The translations under genes were made by a program, and so were the position numbers. From a virus: a stretch of 64,000 nucleotides of DNA. How positions within the stretch are numbered: the first letter of the stretch is position 1; each line of letters begins with the position of its first letter. The stretch covers positions 1 to 64,000 of the IMG/VR virus record IMGVR_UViG_3300009103_000015, one strand, 5' to 3'. Positions 59,063-64,000 of this stretch are shown here, piece by piece. The notes below the pieces were generated by a model. That model was not told where the DNA came from and did no database searches. It worked only from the letters and a program-made list of their open reading frames with translations.

Positions 59063-59317
59063 ATGGTTGGCAGACGTAATGAAATCAGAATGATGCAAAG
59101 AATGATAAATCTCATAAAAGAGAAGAAGGTCATACATAATTATGATTTAAGAGAAAAGTTGAATATCTCAAAAAGTCAATATAATTCAATAAAGCCTGAC
59201 TTAGAACATCAATTCGATTGGCAGGTGAAGTATGATAAACAATCTAAATGCTGGAGATATGTTGGTGTTGAATCAACTTCAGAGATAGAGGAGAAGAAAA
59301 AAGGAAATGCATTGTAA
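59063..59317 (+). CDS. Winged-helix protein
   Basis: DLREKLNISKSQYNSIK...VKYD....WRY. Confidence 0.55.
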   Translation: MVGRRNEIRMMQRMINLIKEKKVIHNYDLREKLNISKSQYNSIKPDLEHQFDWQVKYDKQSKCWRYVGVESTSEIEEKKKGNAL

Positions 59318-59498
59318 GTATAAAGGGTGTAAGATAACTACAAGAAATGGTCATCGACATATTAATTGGGAGAAGTGGCAGTTGTGTAAAGAACACGCAT
59401 GGAAATTACACAAGAAAGAATTACCTAAGACATTCATTTCAGGAAGACTTGCAGAACCTAAAAAAATGCAATTCAAAAAGAAGGAGAATAAGAAATGA
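59307..59498 (+). CDS. Small Zn-binding protein
   Basis: CKYKGC...LCKEH. Confidence 0.5.
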   Translation: MHCKYKGCKITTRNGHRHINWEKWQLCKEHAWKLHKKELPKTFISGRLAEPKKMQFKKKENKK

Positions 59499-59641
59499 CA
59501 TATTGTTCAAATGTGGAACATTATATGTGTCCTGATTGTTTTTGTGTTTATACAAAAAAAGAACTTAGTATTGAAGAATTAGATCACTTACCTGATTTCA
59601 AATGTTGTTGTAAATGCCATGATGGAGATAATGAAGAATGA
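59495..59641 (+). CDS. CxCxCH microprotein (not in ORF track)
   Basis: MTYCSNVEHYMCPDCFC...CCCKCHDG; ATGA overlaps at both ends. Confidence 0.55.
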   Translation: MTYCSNVEHYMCPDCFCVYTKKELSIEELDHLPDFKCCCKCHDGDNEE

Positions 59642-60171
59642 TTACTACTGAAGATATTCAACACGTTATAATAACTAAAGAGATGTTAGATTATGCTAAA
59701 AGTTTAGAGAGAGCAATGCAAATGAACAGAACAAAAGCTTCAGAAGTTGACACTCTCACAGGTTTAATGGGAGAACTAGTATTTGCTGAATATTGGTATG
59801 GAAACTTTAAGATGGGAAATACGCATGATAACTTAGTAGATAATTTTGGTCAACCAGACTTTGAAGGAAGGTTTGAAGTAAAAGCATCTTGCTTTCCATT
59901 TAGTATGAAACTTAATTTACTCATTAGAGAAGATTATGCAAAGAAAAGAACTCCACCTTTCTATATTCAGATTCTATTTGATACAGACAAAAAGGAAATA
60001 ACAACAGATACATCTGCTTTAATCGTGGGCTACAAAGATGGGGAATTAGCACATAAAGGAGAACTAAAAGAGATGAGAGGTGTAGAAGGTTTCAAATGCT
60101 ATCATACAGAGTTTTCAGATCTAGATCCAATAGAGGATTTAGCATGGGTTTTGAAAGGAGGTAATGAATAA
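59638..60171 (+). CDS. PD-(D/E)XK nuclease-like protein
   Basis: GLMGELVF...PDF...FEVKAS. Confidence 0.6.
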   Translation: MITTEDIQHVIITKEMLDYAKSLERAMQMNRTKASEVDTLTGLMGELVFAEYWYGNFKMGNTHDNLVDNFGQPDFEGRFEVKASCFPFSMKLNLLIREDYAKKRTPPFYIQILFDTDKKEITTDTSALIVGYKDGELAHKGELKEMRGVEGFKCYHTEFSDLDPIEDLAWVLKGGNE

Positions 60172-60255
60172 TGGGTCAATGTCAATGTGGTCAATATGTC
60201 ATGTATTCAAAGATGTGTAGAAGATGTTATAAAAAACAAAGAAAGGAGAAAGATA

Positions 60256-60468
60256 ATGCCTTGCAAAAGTAAATGTGATAAGTGGAAAGCAAAAAAACCA
60301 CTTCCACCTTTGACAAGATATTCTGAAGGTCAAAAATATTGTAATACCTGTATGATATTTATTATGTGGAATGGATTATACTGTCCATGTTGTAATTACA
60401 GACTTAGAGAAAGTCCAAGAAATAGTAAAGTGAAAAGAGCACATAAGGAGTTAATGAATAATGTCTAG
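60256..60468 (+). CDS. Nitrosopumilus-like Cys-rich Zn-binding protein, copy B
   Basis: CKSKC...RY..GQKYCNTC.IFI.WNGLYCPCCNYRLR..PRN; start re-assigned from 60187. Confidence 0.7.
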   Translation: MPCKSKCDKWKAKKPLPPLTRYSEGQKYCNTCMIFIMWNGLYCPCCNYRLRESPRNSKVKRAHKELMNNV

Positions 60469-60724
60469 GCAATTAAGATTGTTTGATGAAGATCATCAAG
60501 ATCAGGTAGATGTTGTAAAGAGTATGTGGGATAACAAATATCCATGTCCATGTTGTGATGTAGGAAAATTACATTTCAGTAAGACTGGACCACAGATAGA
60601 CAATGATAAAGATTCATTCTTCTATGGTCAACTAGTTGTTAGATTATTCATAAGTTGTGAGAACTGCCATACGAGTTTTATAAGACATTATAGTAAAGGA
60701 GAGTATGATGGAAAGTTCGATTGA
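60461..60724 (+). CDS. Zn-ribbon protein
   Basis: CPCC...CENC. Confidence 0.55.
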   Translation: MSRQLRLFDEDHQDQVDVVKSMWDNKYPCPCCDVGKLHFSKTGPQIDNDKDSFFYGQLVVRLFISCENCHTSFIRHYSKGEYDGKFD

Positions 60725-60899
60725 TAGACCAGATTGGAAAAAAGAATGCTGTGGTGTAAAGTGGAATCTTAATCATGTCATAAGATGTCTTCATTGTGGC
60801 AACACTTTGAGAGAACAAAGAAAGTTTCCAAAAAAGGTTGTTAATAAAGATCTCGAAGATACTAAAGATACTGTAAATACTAAAGGCACAATAGAATGA
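60705..60899 (+). CDS. Small Zn-binding protein
   Basis: CCG...CLHCG. Confidence 0.5.
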   Translation: MMESSIDRPDWKKECCGVKWNLNHVIRCLHCGNTLREQRKFPKKVVNKDLEDTKDTVNTKGTIE

Positions 60900-61138
60900 G
60901 CTGGTTTCCTAGCGATTGGATAGCCAAAGAGAATCTCAAAAAACAGAAGAAAGAAGCAAAGCCTAAGAAAGCAAATTTTGAAGTTAAGCATAGAACCTCT
61001 ACTGAACTAAATAGCGATAAGATGAGATGGAAATACCATTGTCCAAATTTATGTCAGCAGAAACCTAATGGATCAAAAGGCAAAAAAACTTTTGATGGAA
61101 AAATTTGTAAAGCTTGCAAATATGAAAAAAAGTCCTAA
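60896..61138 (+). CDS. Small basic Zn-binding protein
   Basis: CPNLC...CKAC. Confidence 0.5.
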   Translation: MSWFPSDWIAKENLKKQKKEAKPKKANFEVKHRTSTELNSDKMRWKYHCPNLCQQKPNGSKGKKTFDGKICKACKYEKKS

Positions 61139-61139
61139 G

Positions 61140-61315
61140 TTTTATTTACTTAATTTTTACCATTTTTTCTTAAGTAATAGTTTGACAATTTAGGAATTTA
61201 TTAATTTACTAATTACTTAATTTATTACTTAAGAAATTAAGTATTACTTAATCGGTTGAATTTACGGAGGGATTTACGGAGTGGTCTTATATCTTACGAC
61301 CACGTAGTAGTTTTT
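61140..61315. promoter_or_regulatory. AT-rich iterated control region (origin or early promoter candidate)
   Basis: TTACTTAA x4 plus inverted copies; tandem ATTTACGGAG x2; GTGGTC/GACCAC flanking a TATA-like box. Confidence 0.5.
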
Positions 61316-61909
61316 ATGGCTAAGAAAATTACCATCCAGAATGCTTCCACGAAAACTTCAAGAAAACACGCCAAGAAAAGTGTTTTCGGTGGGAGAACAA
61401 TCGGTGATATTCTACTAGAAGCACAGCACAAAAAATCTAATGTCGTTGTCGCTTTTGATAAGCCAACTGAAAGTATCTCTGATACTCAAAGTTGTAATGT
61501 CAAACTCGTAGTAGAAAATAAATCATCTTCCAAAGTATTTTTTGAAAAGGCACAACAAGAAAAGCAGAAAGAAAAACTTAGACAAAAAGAATTGACTAAG
61601 TTTGCTAACGAACTGAAAAGAAAATCAATTCAGTTCCAAGCAATGAAAAGAAAACTTGCTAAGAAGAAATCACAAGAAGCAAGAAAACTTTTACAAGAAA
61701 CTTGTGAGAACGAAGCACGAAACCTAACCGTTCTATTTATTGCAACAAAGAACGTCGTATCAAGTGTTTCAAAAGTTGACAATCCATTTGATGTTGTTCA
61801 ACTAAGTGAAGTCGATGGTTTGATAGAAAACCAAAAAGAAAAGAAAGACGTTAAGAAAGTAGATAACTGTTTTACAGAAGTTGAACTTCTTAACGCTGGA
61901 GTTATCTAA
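61316..61909 (+). CDS. Lys-rich basic coiled-coil protein
   Basis: Start re-assigned to MAKKITIQ, ~25 nt after the TATA-like box. Confidence 0.6.
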   Translation: MAKKITIQNASTKTSRKHAKKSVFGGRTIGDILLEAQHKKSNVVVAFDKPTESISDTQSCNVKLVVENKSSSKVFFEKAQQEKQKEKLRQKELTKFANELKRKSIQFQAMKRKLAKKKSQEARKLLQETCENEARNLTVLFIATKNVVSSVSKVDNPFDVVQLSEVDGLIENQKEKKDVKKVDNCFTEVELLNAGVI

Positions 61910-62647
61910 ATGTCAGCTTCAGTTGTTTGTAATATGTGCAACAAGAAAACTAGTTGCAGAAATTACATGGAGATGGCAGTCCTTTGTGAGAAATGTATTA
62001 AGACAATCGAAAAGAGGGCTTCCAATAAAACAGCAAAAGAAAACTTAGAGAAGTCAAAGAAACTTTCTAAGTCAAATAAATCTTCTGAAAGAAAAGAAGG
62101 TAAGAAGTTGAAACAGAAAACTGAAAGAAAGGTAAAGAAAGAAGTCGCAAGAACTTCTAAGAAGTTATCAGATAAAGCACACAGCACAATATATGTTGTT
62201 GGAACTAAGGCTTCAGTAAATAAGAAAACAGATCGTGGTCTTAAAAGAAGCACTAGAGTTGCTGACAGAGTTAATGGTGTTAGCAAAAAGATAACAAGAG
62301 TTCAAGAAAGAATAGAGAAAGCAAAACTTCGTATCAAAGCCTACGAAGAAAAGATTGCTAAACTACAACAGAAGGGTCAGGCTTATTCAGATAAGTTGAA
62401 TAACTCTGGTAAGACACCTATCGTTATCGCTGGTCTAAATATGCGAAACATAGAAAAACTTTCTAAACAGAAAGTCACTCACTTCGGAGTTGATGGTGAT
62501 GGAACTCAATTAGTCAAAGTAGATGGAAAATGGTATCAATCAACTTTAACTAATGTTGGAGAAACCATGAAACTATTAGAACGAGGTGGAAAGATAACTG
62601 AAAAGAAAGCAAGACGATCTAACTTGAGAAAGATCGTAGAGGAATAA
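61910..62647 (+). CDS. Very basic protein with N-terminal CxxC-CxxC
   Basis: CNMC...CEKC; K/R-rich coil. Confidence 0.65.
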   Translation: MSASVVCNMCNKKTSCRNYMEMAVLCEKCIKTIEKRASNKTAKENLEKSKKLSKSNKSSERKEGKKLKQKTERKVKKEVARTSKKLSDKAHSTIYVVGTKASVNKKTDRGLKRSTRVADRVNGVSKKITRVQERIEKAKLRIKAYEEKIAKLQQKGQAYSDKLNNSGKTPIVIAGLNMRNIEKLSKQKVTHFGVDGDGTQLVKVDGKWYQSTLTNVGETMKLLERGGKITEKKARRSNLRKIVEE

Positions 62648-62659
62648 ACAATTAGAAAT

Positions 62660-63967
62660 ATGAAAGCAAAAACAAAAACAAAACAATCCACTCAATCAGG
62701 TGGAAGTAGTGGAGAAGTAATGCCTGAAAAGAAAGTGACAATAGTAAAAGAAGCCGAAAATAAAAAAGAAGTGATGGGCGATTATTTGAAAACCATCGCT
62801 GATACTATCTTCGGTGGTAAAGAACTTGATGGAAATGTAAAACGTTCTTGTCAAGCAATTTACCAACAAGAGTTGAAGAACGGTAGAAGAAAGAATCCTG
62901 TCGTTAGTAAAGATGGAAAGATATTAGATCCTTCCAAATTCAAAAGACTAGTGACACGATATACTAAGTTATTGAATACTGTTGACAAGACAGATCACCC
63001 AGCAGAAGTTTCAGTAGGTTCTTCTAATGGAAGTTCTTCTAATGGAAGTTTAATGTCAGTTCAAGTTCCAGTTGATCATACTAAGTATATTGAATTAAAC
63101 ATTCCACACTACGTTGAAGTTCATAGTGAGTTTAAAGTATTTGATGCTCACATGAAAAGTGGTATTCCACTTTTAATTCAAGGACCGAAAGGTATTGGTA
63201 AGACACTTGGCTTAGCAAAATACGCTGAAAAGAAAAGATGTCCTATCATAGAATATGATTGCTCTGAAGGAACTAAGAAGTATGATCTTCAAGGAACTAA
63301 GACTGGAGTTGCTGGTGGAGTGACTCCATTCGAGTTAGGATTCATTCCAAGAATCATAGAATGTGCTAATCAATTTGGTATGGCTATTCTTGTTCTCGAA
63401 GAACTTAACGCATTAACTCCAGCGATGCAAAAACTTCTAAACCCATTACTCGATTGGAGAAAAGGAATGTATATTCCAGAGATTGGAAAACGTTTCAAAC
63501 TTAATGATGGAGTTAAACTTGGTATATTTGCAACAACCAATCCAGCATCTTATCAGGCTTCCAATGATCTTAACGAAGATCTTCAATCAAGATTCAGTAT
63601 TTGGAAATGGAATTATCCTAACGTAAGACAAGAAAGAAAAGCAATTCAATGGCGTGGAGTTGATACTAGTATTCAGAAAGGTATCATGCTACTTGCAAAG
63701 AACACCAGAGACTTCGTAGAACAACAGAAGTTATCATACGCATTATCAACTAGAGATATTCAGAAGTTCATTGATGCCTATGTTTCTTACGAAGAAGATT
63801 CCGTAGAAATACTTAGGTTATGTTTAGACATGAATGTTATTTCCTTCTACGACGAAGTCGGTGAGATATCAACAGTGAAAAGTAGAATTGAATCTGCATT
63901 TGGTTCTAACATCTTTACTGCTAAAGGCGACGAAGCATTGGAAAATGCTTCAGATGAGGAATTATAG
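62660..63967 (+). CDS. MoxR/CbbQ/CobS-like AAA+ ATPase
   Basis: Walker A GPKGIGKT, Walker B ILVLEELN, IFATTNP, LNEDLQSRF, LSTRDI. Confidence 0.85.
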   Translation: MKAKTKTKQSTQSGGSSGEVMPEKKVTIVKEAENKKEVMGDYLKTIADTIFGGKELDGNVKRSCQAIYQQELKNGRRKNPVVSKDGKILDPSKFKRLVTRYTKLLNTVDKTDHPAEVSVGSSNGSSSNGSLMSVQVPVDHTKYIELNIPHYVEVHSEFKVFDAHMKSGIPLLIQGPKGIGKTLGLAKYAEKKRCPIIEYDCSEGTKKYDLQGTKTGVAGGVTPFELGFIPRIIECANQFGMAILVLEELNALTPAMQKLLNPLLDWRKGMYIPEIGKRFKLNDGVKLGIFATTNPASYQASNDLNEDLQSRFSIWKWNYPNVRQERKAIQWRGVDTSIQKGIMLLAKNTRDFVEQQKLSYALSTRDIQKFIDAYVSYEEDSVEILRLCLDMNVISFYDEVGEISTVKSRIESAFGSNIFTAKGDEALENASDEEL

Positions 63968-64000
63968 AAATGTCATACTTCACTGATTCAAACAACAACT

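Noticed and set aside
63015-63050. 15-nt tandem duplication (GSSNGSSNGS) in the ATPase linker
   Set aside because: It is a simple slippage repeat in a disordered linker, with no sign of function.
62660-63967. Cobalamin-biosynthesis auxiliary metabolic gene (cobS)
   Set aside because: The motifs only support a MoxR-type AAA+ ATPase. No other cob genes are seen, so a metabolic role is unsupported.
1-64000. Integrase, DNA polymerase, amoC, tRNAs or host flanking DNA
   Set aside because: None is recognisable in this window. Lifestyle and genome ends cannot be determined.

Overview
The window is a 64-kb piece of an AT-rich tailed dsDNA virus (Caudoviricetes), coded almost entirely on the + strand. 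It starts and ends inside genes. The host is most likely a marine ammonia-oxidising archaeon (Nitrosopumilales/Thaumarchaeota). Support for this is an archaeal-type RadA, an Hjc-like resolvase, two copies of a Nitrosopumilus-like Cys-rich protein, a Nitrosopumilus-like CxxCG microprotein, and TATA-like boxes about 30 nt upstream of apparently leaderless start codons. Gene order: (1) five very acidic modular proteins punctuated by a recurrent E-S-K-A-x-E motif (1-7829); (2) Hjc, ParB, TET/JBP-like dioxygenase and P-loop kinase; (3) a candidate three-hairpin ncRNA; (4) terminase small and large subunits; (5) small accessory and Zn-binding genes; (6) holin-like genes plus a matrixin; (7) fibre genes including a 3326-aa repeat protein; (8) portal, protease-scaffold-capsid fusion and a short-tail module; (9) RadA and nucleases; (10) basic early-type genes and a MoxR/CobS-like AAA+ ATPase. 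Main findings: (a) candidate head-packaged polyproteins that share K-[A/S/G]-x-E sites and C2H2 fingers with the capsid precursor; (b) an apparent absence of GCNGC, CCNGG, GTWAC and GTAC, strong enough that Ala-Ala and Pro-Gly were not found in the proteins read; (c) a TET/JBP plus kinase base-modification module; (d) a structured ncRNA; (e) a probable internal start inside the capsid gene. All family assignments come from motif recognition by eye. No database searches or counts were run.
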